DNA of 64,000 bases from Candidatus Methanomethylophilaceae archaeon (GCA_051887655.1 JBJEZZ010000002.1:12138-76137), one strand, 5' to 3'; counted from the first letter of the stretch, positions 9,518-19,281 are shown. A program made the numbers and translations. The notes: a model not told the origin generated them from the sequence alone.

Positions 9518-10033
9518 TCAAAGGTCCCTCTTAAGCCTCTCCACGGCCGTGGATATGCTCGCGGTAGGCATGACCGGCGACACGGGTATGGTGATGATCC
9601 TCTCGATGGTCGGCGTCACTATGGGTGCGCACACCACCCCCAGGGCGCCGTCCCTCTCCGCACGCACCGCGGCGATGATGGCGTCCTCCACGGTGGACAC
9701 GGGATACTCCCTGAGACGGACGAGCTGTCCGTCCACCTCGGTGTCGTGCTCCAGGGTCTGGAGCACCTGGTGCGACGCGATGACTGCTATGAAGTTCTCC
9801 GAGAAGGAGTTGGACAGTATCCTGACGGAGCGGATGATCATCCTCGCGGTGCGGAGGTTCGGTTCCCTCTTCTCCTCCACGATCTTGTACATGGTGCTCT
9901 GCGATATCCCGGTGGATTTGCAGAACTCGTTGATGGTCATGTGCAGATCGTTCTCGAGAACGTTCCTGAGGGCCTTCTGGAAACCTCCCTCCTCGCGGAT
10001 CATGCCCGCCACGAGATCGTCGACGGCGGTCAT
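9518..10033 (-). CDS. HTH (XRE-like) transcriptional regulator with uncharacterised C-terminal domain (171 aa)
   Basis: Internal ATG at 10033 gives MTAVDDLVAG...MTINEFCKSTGISQSTMYKIVEEKREP. ATGA overlap with the trxB stop. The longer 334-aa ORF-track version is Arg/Gly-rich junk that overlaps trxB. Confidence 0.7.
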   Translation of the reverse strand: MTAVDDLVAGMIREEGGFQKALRNVLENDLHMTINEFCKSTGISQSTMYKIVEEKREPNLRTARMIIRSVRILSNSFSENFIAVIASHQVLQTLEHDTEVDGQLVRLREYPVSTVEDAIIAAVRAERDGALGVVCAPIVTPTIERIITIPVSPVMPTASISTAVERLKRDL

Positions 10034-10920
10034 TCCCTGACCCCCTTCACGTAATCGGCCGCGCTGAGTCCGGCCACACAGCCCTCCCCGACGGCCTTGG
10101 CGACCTGCCACGGCTTGCCGGTGACGTCCCCGCATGCGAACACGCCCGGGACCTCGGTGCCGCAGTCGCGGCCCACCTTTATCGTATCGTCCATCTCGGG
10201 CATCACGCCCAAATCGAGTGCCAGATCGGCGGCGGATTTGGCGCCGAGCTCGATGAACACACCGTCCACGTCCACGGAGGAACCGTCCGCAAGAACGATG
10301 CGCGAGACCCTCGTCCCACCCTCTATCCTGTCCACAGGAGATGTCAGAAGGATCGCCCCGGCACCGACGGCCTTGTCCTTCGCAATGTCGGATGCGCCGA
10401 TGTCGTCGGCCACCCAGTACGTCTTGGACGCATAGCGTGTCATGACCTCCGCGGACACGGCCGCCTCGGTGTCGTTGCCGACCACGGCGACCACGCGCCC
10501 TTTGTAGAAGTTGCAGTCGCATACCGCGCAGTAGCTCACGCCCTTGCCGAAGAACTCCTTCTCCCCGGGCACGCCGAGCTTCTTCCTCGATATGCCGGTG
10601 GCGATCACGACGGATCCGACCTCGTACACCGAATCGTCCTCCGCGGTTATCGTGAAACCGGGACCGGACGGTACCGCCGATATGACGTTCAACTCCACGA
10701 AGTCACAGCCGAATGCCTTCGCCTGGGACATTCCCGCGGATACCATGCCGTCGCCGTCGGTCCCGCCGGTGACGGCGAAGTAGTTCTCCACGTGCGTGCC
10801 GGACATGGCACTATTGGACGGTTTCCCGAACACAACGACGGAGACCTTCTTCCTGGATGCGTGTATGGCGGCCTGGAGACCGGCCGGACCTGCACCTATG
10901 ACGGCGACATCGTAGCGCAT
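10030..10920 (-). CDS. trxB: thioredoxin-disulfide reductase
   Basis: DVAVIGAGPAGLQAA FAD motif, redox-active CAVC, second dinucleotide fold VVAVVGNDTEA, GVFACGDV. Confidence 0.93.
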   Translation of the reverse strand: MRYDVAVIGAGPAGLQAAIHASRKKVSVVVFGKPSNSAMSGTHVENYFAVTGGTDGDGMVSAGMSQAKAFGCDFVELNVISAVPSGPGFTITAEDDSVYEVGSVVIATGISRKKLGVPGEKEFFGKGVSYCAVCDCNFYKGRVVAVVGNDTEAAVSAEVMTRYASKTYWVADDIGASDIAKDKAVGAGAILLTSPVDRIEGGTRVSRIVLADGSSVDVDGVFIELGAKSAADLALDLGVMPEMDDTIKVGRDCGTEVPGVFACGDVTGKPWQVAKAVGEGCVAGLSAADYVKGVRE

Positions 10921-10924
10921 GGGA

Positions 10925-11605
10925 TCACAGTTCCAGCATGTACGCCTTGAGGGTCTCGGGCGTGAGCGAGGGGTCCAACCCGACGATCGTGTCCGCGAGC
11001 TTCCCGTCCTTGAACATCAGGAGTGCGGGGATGGACATGATCGAGTAGTTGAGGGCGGTGTTCTGATTCTCGTCCACGTTGAGCTTCCCGACCTTGATCT
11101 CGCCCGCGGAGATGTCGGCGAGGCCGTCGATGATCGGACCCATCCTGCGGCAGGGTCCGCACCAGGGAGCCCAGCAGTCCACGATTGCGAGTCCGGACGA
11201 GACGAACGAATCGAAGTTGGCATCGGTGACGATGGTGACATTCTCGGAGAGGGTCTCGGGCTTCTTCTCCGCGACCTTGGCGATCATCTTGCAGTCGAGG
11301 AGCTCCTTGATGATGTCCTCCTTGGACCTGAGACCCACGAGGGTCTTCACGAGCTGACCCTTCCTGAAGAACAGGAGGGTGGGGATGGCCTCGATACCGT
11401 ACTGTGCGGAGACACGGGGTGCCTGGTCCACATCCATCTTCGCGATGGCGACCTCCTTCTCGTACTCCTCCGCCAATTCCGTGATGATCGGCGCGAGCCT
11501 CTTGCACGGTCCGCACCAGCTTGCGAAACAATCCACAAGGACGAAATCATTGTTCTTCACGAGCGAGTCAAAATCCGTATCTGTAACGTGGATAGTCATT
11601 TCCAT
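10925..11605 (-). CDS. tandem (double-domain) thioredoxin, 226 aa
   Basis: Two complete Trx modules, each with WCGPC (SWCGPCKRL and PWCGPCRRM) and a cis-Pro region (IPTLLFF, IPALLMF). Confidence 0.9.
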   Translation of the reverse strand: MEMTIHVTDTDFDSLVKNNDFVLVDCFASWCGPCKRLAPIITELAEEYEKEVAIAKMDVDQAPRVSAQYGIEAIPTLLFFRKGQLVKTLVGLRSKEDIIKELLDCKMIAKVAEKKPETLSENVTIVTDANFDSFVSSGLAIVDCWAPWCGPCRRMGPIIDGLADISAGEIKVGKLNVDENQNTALNYSIMSIPALLMFKDGKLADTIVGLDPSLTPETLKAYMLEL

Positions 11606-11665
11606 ACCCTACTGTGATAAGGATAGACTGCGCCGTTAATAAAGTAACGTACAAACGTGCCAAAC

Positions 11666-11686
11666 GAGGGTGCCGGCGGCACCCTC
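11666..11686 (-). terminator. 9-bp perfect hairpin after phoU (GAGGGTGCC-ggc-GGCACCCTC) followed by U-rich stretch on the minus strand
   Basis: Seen directly. Lies 6 nt past the phoU stop; downstream on the minus strand is GTTTGGCACGTTTGT, then a TTTATTAAC box for the thioredoxin gene. Confidence 0.5.
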
Positions 11687-11691
11687 TGGCA

Positions 11692-12339
11692 TCATTCGAT
11701 CACGGTGTGGAATCCGGTGACCATGAAGGTCACCTTCTCCGCGATCTTGCATGCGTGGTCCCCGATGCGCTCCAGGTACTTCATGACCGAGATGCAGTAC
11801 GTGCCCGCATCCGCGCACTCGGGTTCGCTCTTCATACGGTCCACGACATGCGTGAGGCCGTCGCGGAGCGCCGAATCCAGGAGGGTGTCCATGTCCGACA
11901 GGGCATCGAAACCCTCGACCGATGCGTTCTTCAGTCCGGCCACCACGATCTCCACCATCCTGACCGCCGTCCTGCCCATGGGGAGGACGTCCTCCAGGAC
12001 GTCGCTGCCGTAGCTGCCGCTGATGCCCGCGGCCGCCTTGGCGATGTTCCTGCTGTACTTGGCTATCCTCTCGAGATACGTTATGCACTTCAGATACGTG
12101 GCCACCGCCCGCATGTCCGATGCCATCGGGTGGTAGAGCGTCAGTATCCTGATGGACGCCTCCTCGATCCTCCTGTCGTAACGGTCCACCTTGGCGAACT
12201 CGTCCGACAGCATGTCCGGGTCCGCACGTCCGATGTCGGCGACCGCGGACAACGCGGTGCCCACCATATCGGATGTCAGATCCGCCATGCCTGCCATGCA
12301 CCCTTTCAGTGCCTCCATCTCATCCTCGAACTTCATCAT
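11692..12339 (-). CDS. phoU: phosphate transport system regulator PhoU
   Basis: Two PhoU repeats (YLERIAKYSRNIA, YLERIGDHACKIAE). Last gene of the pst operon. Confidence 0.9.
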   Translation of the reverse strand: MMKFEDEMEALKGCMAGMADLTSDMVGTALSAVADIGRADPDMLSDEFAKVDRYDRRIEEASIRILTLYHPMASDMRAVATYLKCITYLERIAKYSRNIAKAAAGISGSYGSDVLEDVLPMGRTAVRMVEIVVAGLKNASVEGFDALSDMDTLLDSALRDGLTHVVDRMKSEPECADAGTYCISVMKYLERIGDHACKIAEKVTFMVTGFHTVIE

Positions 12340-12343
12340 CGTA

Positions 12344-13117
12344 TCACCCGAACCTTCCGGTGATGTACCTCTCGGTCAGCTCCTCCTCCGGATTGGTGAA
12401 GAGCGACTGGGTCTCCCCGAACTCTATCATCTTGCCCAGGTACATGAATCCCGTATAGTCGCTGATACGGGATGCCTGCTGCATGTTGTGCGTCACTATT
12501 GCCACCGTGTAGTCCTTCCTCAGCTGTACCGCCAGGTCCTCGATCTTCGATGTGGCGATCGGATCGAGTGCGGAGGTGGGCTCGTCCATGAGGATCACCT
12601 CCGGGTCCACGGACAATGCTCTGGCTATGCAGAGCCTCTGTTGCTGACCCCCGGACAGACCGAAGGCCGATTTGTCCAGCCTGTCGGCGACCTCGTCGTA
12701 CAGTGCCGCCTTCTGGAGGCAGGACTCGACGATCTCGTTGAGCTCCGCCTTGTCCCTGATGCCCTTGAGCTTCGGACCGTACGTGAGGTTCTCCCTTATC
12801 GTCATGGGGAAGGGATTGGGTTTCTGGAACACCATCCCCACCCTCACCCTCAGATTGTTTATGTCTATGTCCGGGGAACAGATGTCCTGTCCGTCGAAGA
12901 TCATGCTGCCTTCGATCCTGCACCCGTCCACCAGATCGTTCATCCTGTTGATGCTCCTCAGGAGCGTGGACTTCCCGCACCCCGAAGGACCTATCAGCGC
13001 CGTGATGCGGTTCTTCCTGATGGGCAGCGAGACGTCGTACAGCGCCTGCTTGTCGCCGTACCACAGATTGACGTTCCTCACGTCCACGGCGATGTCGCCG
13101 TCGTTAGATTCGTTCAC
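12344..13117 (-). CDS. pstB: phosphate ABC transporter ATP-binding protein
   Basis: GPSGCGKST Walker [16 protein letters not shown] signature, [11 protein letters not shown] Walker B; GTG start. Confidence 0.95.
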   Translation of the reverse strand: MNESNDGDIAVDVRNVNLWYGDKQALYDVSLPIRKNRITALIGPSGCGKSTLLRSINRMNDLVDGCRIEGSMIFDGQDICSPDIDINNLRVRVGMVFQKPNPFPMTIRENLTYGPKLKGIRDKAELNEIVESCLQKAALYDEVADRLDKSAFGLSGGQQQRLCIARALSVDPEVILMDEPTSALDPIATSKIEDLAVQLRKDYTVAIVTHNMQQASRISDYTGFMYLGKMIEFGETQSLFTNPEEELTERYITGRFG

Positions 13118-13122
13118 CTAAA

Positions 13123-15117
13123 TCACCACCTTATCTTCTTGTTGTAATGTCCTCTGACGAACGATGCGAGGGCGAACAGCCCCATCACGATGATCAGCAG
13201 GACCGCTGCCGTACCGTACTGTGCTCCCGTTGCGCCAGGCACCTCCGCCGCCAGATAGTACAGGTGGTAGGGGAGTGCCATCACCGGCTCCATCAGCGAC
13301 ACGGACAGTTCCGGCATGTATGCCACCACTGCGGTGAACATGATCGGCGCGGTCTCTCCGGCCGCACGTCCGATGGCCAATATGGCCCCCGTGACCGTTC
13401 CGCCCATGGCTGCGGGGAGCACCACCTTGTATGTCGTCTGCCATTTCGTGGCACCCATCGCCCTGGACGCTTCGCGCAGTTCGTTGGGTACCGTACGGAG
13501 GGCCTCCTCCGTCGTCCTTATTATCACGGGCACGACCATGAATGCGAGTGCCAGACATCCTGCCAACAGAGAACGTCCCATTCCGAGACCTATCACCAGG
13601 AACGTCATGCCGAACAGACCGAAGACCACCGACGGCGTACCGTTCAGGATGTCGATGGCCTCCCTGATGACCCTGGTCAGCTTGGTATCCTTCGCATATT
13701 CGGCCAGATATATCCCCGACAGTATGCCGAACGGGAATGCCAGCACGGCAGTTCCCGCCACGAGCTCCAATGTACCGACGATCGCGGGGAAGATACCGCC
13801 GGACGACCCGTCCCCGCTGGGGGATTGGGTCAGGAAGTCTATGGAGATGTAGGGCAGACCCTTCATCATGATGTATCCCAGGATGACCACCAGTATGCCG
13901 ACGACCGCCAGCATGTTGACCGTGAGCACCGTCTCCGCGACCTCCTGCCTGTTCACAGGGGACAGACCGGACAGCACCTTGGGTATCGCCGCCAACACGG
14001 CGGTAATGACAGCGGCTATGGCCAGGGAGATCATGCCGTCCTCGAAGAGGGACACTGCCATCCACGACACGGTGAACGTCAGCACCACCGCGCCGACCCT
14101 CATCACCATGCCGCTGTGGGATGCCCAGAATCCGGAGACGTATCCGTACGGAGCGGAACCGCGTATCGCGGTGCCGATCCTTCCGTACTCCTTCTCCTCG
14201 CCGCTGAACTTGCGGGAGGTTATGCGGATGATACGGCGCGACAGCAGATTGACGGCCAGCACCATGATCATCAGTATCAGTGCCAGCATGAACAGCGCGG
14301 AGTAGTGGGTGGAACCCACGACGACCTCGGGCATCTCCAGTGCCAGCGTACCTGTTATCGTGCTCGTGAGGGAGAATACGTTCCACAGCGGGTCCGGTAT
14401 GACCGCCGAGTTCCCGGAGACCATCATCACGGCCATGGTCTCCCCTATCGCCCTTCCGATACCCAGGGTGACCGCGGCGGATATACCGGAGATGGCCGCG
14501 GGCACCACGATCCTGACGACCGTGTCCCATTTGGTCGCACCCATGGACATGGATGCCTCCCTGTATGACTGCGGGACGGAGTGGATCGCGTCCTCGGATA
14601 CCGATATTATCGTCGGCAGGGCCATCACGCCCAACAGGAGCGAGGCCGCCAACCAGGATGACCCGTACATGAGCTGTCCGGGGAAGAGGTCCATGAGCAG
14701 CGGGAGGAGCACCAGCAGTCCGAAGAAACCGTAGACCACCGACGGGATCCCCGCGAAGACCTCACAAATGGGTTTGAGCTTGTTGCGTACGGACGGGGAT
14801 GCGAACTCGGAGATGTACACCGCCGCCGCCAGACCCACGGGGAATGCGAATGCGATCGCCCCGAGGGTGACGAGCAGGGTGCCCGCGATCACCGCCAGGG
14901 CGCCGAAGCTGCCCCTGGTGGGATCCCATTTCGTACCGAACAGCATCTCCGTCAGGGATACGTCGGAGAGCATTCCCGCCCCGTTGTATCCGATGAACGC
15001 GATGATTAAAATGATGATCAGTACGGTCAGGGATGCCGTTGCAGTCAGGACGTACCTCATCAGGGAATCCCGCATCCCGACGGAGCGGATACCTTTCGCG
15101 TACTGACCCGGATTCAT
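13123..15117 (-). CDS. pstCA: fused phosphate ABC permease PstC-PstA (664 aa)
   Basis: Two permease halves, each with an EAA-type loop (SYREASMSMGATKWDTVVRIVVP and ELREASRAMGATKWQTTYKVVLP). Confidence 0.9.
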   Translation of the reverse strand: MNPGQYAKGIRSVGMRDSLMRYVLTATASLTVLIIILIIAFIGYNGAGMLSDVSLTEMLFGTKWDPTRGSFGALAVIAGTLLVTLGAIAFAFPVGLAAAVYISEFASPSVRNKLKPICEVFAGIPSVVYGFFGLLVLLPLLMDLFPGQLMYGSSWLAASLLLGVMALPTIISVSEDAIHSVPQSYREASMSMGATKWDTVVRIVVPAAISGISAAVTLGIGRAIGETMAVMMVSGNSAVIPDPLWNVFSLTSTITGTLALEMPEVVVGSTHYSALFMLALILMIMVLAVNLLSRRIIRITSRKFSGEEKEYGRIGTAIRGSAPYGYVSGFWASHSGMVMRVGAVVLTFTVSWMAVSLFEDGMISLAIAAVITAVLAAIPKVLSGLSPVNRQEVAETVLTVNMLAVVGILVVILGYIMMKGLPYISIDFLTQSPSGDGSSGGIFPAIVGTLELVAGTAVLAFPFGILSGIYLAEYAKDTKLTRVIREAIDILNGTPSVVFGLFGMTFLVIGLGMGRSLLAGCLALAFMVVPVIIRTTEEALRTVPNELREASRAMGATKWQTTYKVVLPAAMGGTVTGAILAIGRAAGETAPIMFTAVVAYMPELSVSLMEPVMALPYHLYYLAAEVPGATGAQYGTAAVLLIIVMGLFALASFVRGHYNKKIRW

Positions 15118-15126
15118 GGATCCACC

Positions 15127-15978
15127 TCAGATCGCGGACAGCTGTCCGATGCTGATGTATCCGATGGATCCGGCGGTGTTCTTCACCGCACCGATGACTC
15201 CGCCGGTGGAGTTGTACTTGACGACATCGGACTTCATGGCCCAGCCGGAACCCATCGCGTTGTCGAAGCACTCCCTGGTACCGGAAGAATCGTCACGTGC
15301 GATCACTGCGATCTCCTTGTCGACCCCTCCGACCTCCTTCCAGTTGGTGATCTCTCCGCTGTAGATCTTCGAGATCTGCTCGATGGTGAGGTTGGTGACG
15401 CCTGCGCCGTTCACGATGACCGCAACTCCGTCCTTACCGATCTCGACGGGAACGAGTCCTGCGGAGAGCTCGGAGCTCTTGAGGTCCCTGGAACACATAC
15501 CGATGTTGAACTGACCGGAGATGGTGCTGCTTGCACCGACACCGGATCCTCCGCCGGTGACGCTGACGTTGATGCCGTACTTCTCCTTGTATGCGGCCGC
15601 CAGCTTGGTCATGGTGGCCTGGATGGATGTGGAACCTCCGACGACGATGTCATCGGAAGAAACGGGTGCTGTGAATGTGGTCCTAGATTCCGCGGGAAGG
15701 GGAACGAACTCCTCCGCGACTATTGCCTGTCCCTCATCGCTGGTGATCCAATCGATGAAGCATTTGACGTTGCCGGTGGGCTCGCCCATCGTACAGAGGA
15801 CCAGATTCCTCTGGATCGGATAGGTGCCGTTGGAAACGTTGTCTTCGGTCGCTTCCACTCCGTTGAGGGAGATGGCCTTGACGTCCGAGCCGCTGTCGTC
15901 CCTGTTCATCATGAACATTCCGACCGCGGCGATGGCGATTATCGCCACGATTCCGATTACTATGATTTTCTTGTTCAA
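15127..15978 (-). CDS. pstS: phosphate-binding protein PstS (membrane anchored, TTG start)
   Basis: N-terminal hydrophobic anchor, then GGSTSIQ...TGGGSGVG...ARDDSSGTRE phosphate-binding motifs. Confidence 0.9.
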   Translation of the reverse strand: MNKKIIVIGIVAIIAIAAVGMFMMNRDDSGSDVKAISLNGVEATEDNVSNGTYPIQRNLVLCTMGEPTGNVKCFIDWITSDEGQAIVAEEFVPLPAESRTTFTAPVSSDDIVVGGSTSIQATMTKLAAAYKEKYGINVSVTGGGSGVGASSTISGQFNIGMCSRDLKSSELSAGLVPVEIGKDGVAVIVNGAGVTNLTIEQISKIYSGEITNWKEVGGVDKEIAVIARDDSSGTRECFDNAMGSGWAMKSDVVKYNSTGGVIGAVKNTAGSIGYISIGQLSAI

Positions 15979-16280
15979 GACTTACGCCTCGGCACTTAAC
16001 TATGGTGTTCTCAATATATACGTTGTCGATATAATATATCTATTTCTACATATCAATATATTTTATCCATATTAATATATACAAAACCGGAGAATATGGA
16101 TGGGTATGGTCCGTCAATATGCGATAAAGAGGGCGGATCCGTCACCCTCCCGCACTGAATAGATACATATCTCCCGTCACCCCGACGGCATCCTCCGATG
16201 ACGTACGCCGGTGCGGCAACCATCGGACGGTCGGGATATATATCGATATATAGTGAATCGTCGATCATCATGTGCTGACC
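15979..16280. promoter_or_regulatory. divergent pstS / AbrB-PhoU regulator control region
   Basis: AT-rich core at about 16010-16095 with reiterated ATATCAATATAT / TCGATATAATATAT-like units. CCGTCA(CCC) direct repeats at 16111-16116, 16139-16147 and 16174-16182. GGGATATATATCGATATATAG box at 16233-16253, about 30 nt before ATG 16281. Confidence 0.4.
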
Positions 16281-17288
16281 ATGGCAGACATCAGGAAGAT
16301 ACAGATCACCGGCGGATCGTCGTATATGATCACGCTCCCGAAGGAATGGGCGGAATCGTCCGGATTGAAGAAGAACGACCCCGTCACGCTCAGACCCCAG
16401 ACCGACGGGAGTCTCGTGATATTCCCCAACAACGGCACCGGGGAGACGGTGGCCGATACCGTGAAGACCATCGACGGGGACTCCGCGACCGACCGTATAT
16501 TCCTGTACAGACAGCTGGTGGGTGCGTATATCGCAGGACACGGCACCATAGAGATCCGTTCCGAATACGGATTGCCGTCCATGGTCACCAACGTGGCATC
16601 CAGTTTCGTGCAGACCGCGATCGGCCTGGTGATCATCGAAGAGGACGACATGCACATCGTCATCCGCGACCTGATCAACCAGGACGGTGTGAAACCCATC
16701 AAGTCCATCGAGAGGATGAGGATCCTCGTGAGGAACATGCTGAACGATGTCCTCACCGCACTGAACGAGAAGGACGCCTCCCTGATAACGGACATAGATC
16801 AGAGGGACAGGGAGGTGGACAGACTGAATTGGCTGATCTCCAGACAGATCAACATCCACCTCAGGGACGTATCCATATCCCGCAGACAGGGGGTGGACCT
16901 GTGCTCGATTGCCAGATGCGGACACATCAGCAAGACCATCGAGAGGATCGGGGATCATGCGGTCGTATTGGCCAAGGAACTCAGATCGCTGATCGACGAC
17001 GACAGGACCAACAGACTCGATGCGGAGATCGTACGCACCGGGCGCGACGTGGTGTCACTCTTCTCCGATTCCGTCACCACCTGGGTGGCCAAGGACATGG
17101 CCAAGGCCAACGCGTGCATAACCGTCGGGGAGGAGCTGGTCAAACGTTCGTCCGAACTGTCGAGGATGGCACATAACCTCGAAGGGACCTCCGCGATAGC
17201 CGCGGACGTCATCTCCAGGAGCGTCAGGAGGGTCGCGGAGTACAGCATGGACATATCGGAGATGGCCATCAACTCCGCGATGGACTGA
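16281..17288 (+). CDS. AbrB/SpoVT-domain plus PhoU-domain phosphate uptake regulator
   Basis: MADIRKIQITGGSSYMITLPKEWAE is an AbrB-type swapped-hairpin N terminus, followed by PhoU-like helices (ISKTIERIGDHAV). The ORF track begins at GTG 16272; ATG 16281 is preferred. Confidence 0.85.
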   Translation: MADIRKIQITGGSSYMITLPKEWAESSGLKKNDPVTLRPQTDGSLVIFPNNGTGETVADTVKTIDGDSATDRIFLYRQLVGAYIAGHGTIEIRSEYGLPSMVTNVASSFVQTAIGLVIIEEDDMHIVIRDLINQDGVKPIKSIERMRILVRNMLNDVLTALNEKDASLITDIDQRDREVDRLNWLISRQINIHLRDVSISRRQGVDLCSIARCGHISKTIERIGDHAVVLAKELRSLIDDDRTNRLDAEIVRTGRDVVSLFSDSVTTWVAKDMAKANACITVGEELVKRSSELSRMAHNLEGTSAIAADVISRSVRRVAEYSMDISEMAINSAMD

Positions 17289-17326
17289 GATAAATACATC
17301 CTCGAAGGATTAAGGAGCAGATACGG

Positions 17327-17590
17327 ATGTTGGACGAATCCAGTGAGATAATCGGTATGGACATCTACACCCCGACGGGCATATTCGTCGGCAAGGTCGC
17401 CGAGATAGGTTTCGATACGGGCAACCTGCGTGTGGACGGACTCATAGTGGACAGGCCCAACCCGGCCATAGCCGAACCCAACATGATCATCAACATACCT
17501 TTCTCGTGGGTGTCGGCGATAAGCGACGTGATCCTGCTCAGCAGGTTCCCCGAAAGGATCCTCAGAGACGGTACCCTTCAGGGACTGTGA
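17327..17590 (+). CDS. small PRC-barrel domain protein (87 aa)
   Basis: IIGMDIYTPTGIFVGKVAEIGFDTGNLRVDGLIV. AAGGAG SD 8 nt upstream. Confidence 0.65.
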   Translation: MLDESSEIIGMDIYTPTGIFVGKVAEIGFDTGNLRVDGLIVDRPNPAIAEPNMIINIPFSWVSAISDVILLSRFPERILRDGTLQGL

Positions 17591-18158
17591 ACGGTGCGCA
17601 CGCACCCTTGAGCTTGGGGTACGGACCGAGCCTTGCCACCAGGACGTCCAAGTCCTCGCCGTAGAGGTCGGACAGTTCCCTGTGGAGCGCCTCCATCCTG
17701 TCCGCGCCGCGGTCGGAACCCTTGTTTCTGAGACGTTCCACCGAGTAGTCGTGCGTGACGAACCTGTTGTCGCTCACCATGTTGTCCGCATGTGCCACGA
17801 TCTTCTGCTCGATAGTACGGGGGATGTAATCCGCATCCGGGAGACCGAACGCCTTGGCATCCTCCGGGTCGAGACCCGCACCGGTGTGTCTGCGGACGAT
17901 CTCCGCGATCTCGTCGGGCAGACCCATGTCGCAGACGATGCTGTGTCCGATCACGGCATGCTCTATGGAGTGGGTGACGGAACGTCCGATGTCGTGCAGG
18001 AGCGCTCCCGCACATACCAGCTCACGATCGCAATCTATCCTCTCTGCGAATGCCTCCGCCATCGCCCAGACAGTACAGCAGTGGACGACGACACGTCTCT
18101 TGCATCCCGCTCTCTCCAAGAGTTGGATGCATTCAGCTTCATTCGGGATTGTTGACAA
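17562..18158 (-). CDS. HD/HDIG-domain metal-dependent phosphohydrolase
   Basis: VVHCCTVWAMA...ALLHDIGR...RHTGAG...HADN motifs; TTG start. Confidence 0.8.
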   Translation of the reverse strand: MSTIPNEAECIQLLERAGCKRRVVVHCCTVWAMAEAFAERIDCDRELVCAGALLHDIGRSVTHSIEHAVIGHSIVCDMGLPDEIAEIVRRHTGAGLDPEDAKAFGLPDADYIPRTIEQKIVAHADNMVSDNRFVTHDYSVERLRNKGSDRGADRMEALHRELSDLYGEDLDVLVARLGPYPKLKGACAPFTVPEGYRL

Positions 18159-18657
18159 CGGTCTTCCCCCTCTCGTTGGGAATGACGGTCATCCTTCCGT
18201 TACGGTCCTCGTAAAGGGCCTTGCCTTCGGTGAAGCGGTCCAGGAATATGGCGAGGGCGGCGATCTCCGAATGGGGCTGGTTACCCACGGATATATTGAA
18301 ATCGGCACGCTGGTAAACCTCCGGCGGCACCTTCTCCGCACCCACGAAGATCAGTATGTTCTCGTCCTTCGGGATCAGGGGCAGGGCCTCGTCGACCCTG
18401 GAGCCGTACATCGTCAGATGAACGATCTTACCGTCGAAGTCCTTGACCACATCCTTCCACTTCACCCCGGTCCGGATCGTGTAATCCCCGCCGAAACGGC
18501 CGACCACACTGCGTATGTTCTCCTCCAGGACGGGGTCGTAGGTATCCACGTAGATGCCCTTCGCACCCAATGCCCTGGACGAGAGTGCCACATGGGTCGT
18601 GACACGCTTGTCCCTGTCCGGGCGGTGCCCTATCCTCATGATCCAAATGCCGGCCAT
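18139..18657 (-). CDS. trm56: tRNA (cytidine56-2'-O)-methyltransferase aTrm56 (SPOUT)
   Basis: MRIGHRPDRDKRVTTHVALSSRALGA...GNQPHSEIAALAIFLDR, characteristic of the archaeal Trm56 family. Confidence 0.85.
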   Translation of the reverse strand: MAGIWIMRIGHRPDRDKRVTTHVALSSRALGAKGIYVDTYDPVLEENIRSVVGRFGGDYTIRTGVKWKDVVKDFDGKIVHLTMYGSRVDEALPLIPKDENILIFVGAEKVPPEVYQRADFNISVGNQPHSEIAALAIFLDRFTEGKALYEDRNGRMTVIPNERGKTVVNNPE

Positions 18658-18666
18658 GGGAAAGAC

Positions 18667-19167
18667 TTACTCCTCGCGTTTGAGTTCGATCCTGTGTCCG
18701 CGGAAGTCCATCTTGACGGACCTGCGCACGAGGCTCTTGAGCATCGTGGAGGTGAGACCCAATGCCTCTGCGACATCGCCGGAGAACTTGCCGTCCTCTC
18801 CGACCTCCGCAAGGATCTTCGCTTCGATCTCCGCATATTCCTGCTCGCTCATCATCGCGGCCGCGAGCACGTCACTGATCTCGTAGACAGGCCACTGCGC
18901 GTTGATGTGGAACGATGTGTAGAATGTGTGGTATGACTTCTCGGGATAGTTCCCGCCTGTGGACATCCACCTGCTCTCCACGAGCTTCATCTTATCAAAG
19001 AAGATGATGGCGTCCCTGCCCTCCGGACCGAACTTCTCCTCGATCTCGTCGGCGGTTCTCCATTCCAAGGTCACCTCCTTCAGAACGTCCCTCTTCACTA
19101 CGGTGTCGACGGACCTAAGCATCGGAACGAGTTCCGACGGTTCGTTAATGACCTTAATTCTATTCAT
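18667..19167 (-). CDS. putative winged-helix (ArsR-like) regulator, 166 aa
   Basis: Protein-like composition with two HTH-like segments (KEVTLEWRTADEIEEKF; SGDVAEALGLTSTMLKSLVRR). TATTTATATC box at about 19190-19200 upstream. Family not firmly recognised. Confidence 0.6.
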   Translation of the reverse strand: MNRIKVINEPSELVPMLRSVDTVVKRDVLKEVTLEWRTADEIEEKFGPEGRDAIIFFDKMKLVESRWMSTGGNYPEKSYHTFYTSFHINAQWPVYEISDVLAAAMMSEQEYAEIEAKILAEVGEDGKFSGDVAEALGLTSTMLKSLVRRSVKMDFRGHRIELKREE

Positions 19168-19281
19168 AAAAGATAGAGATGGGTCCTAGATATAAATATG
19201 CGTTGATATATTCGGACCCACTCCCGCCGGTTTTGGACACAACCGGCCCCTATCCGTCGGTACCGTACACTGGGTATGTGG

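Noticed and set aside
9518-10522. N-terminally extended versions of several ORFs in the track: 9518..10522, 19282..20271, 34298..35797, 48971..49837, 51062..56497, 57546..58442, 58106..59044, 58601..60370, 60016..61380, 61381..62652, 62412..62738.
   Set aside because: The extensions overlap the neighbouring gene in another frame and are Arg/Gly/His-rich or otherwise non-protein-like. Internal ATGs that give canonical family N termini, often in ATGA overlaps, were used instead.
15979-16280. Replication origin in the AT-rich pstS-upstream spacer (MCM is also in the window).
   Set aside because: There are no ORB/mini-ORB-like inverted repeats flanking the AT-rich core and no adjacent orc1/cdc6 gene. 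The location between two phosphate-regulon transcription units explains the repeats as promoter and operator elements.
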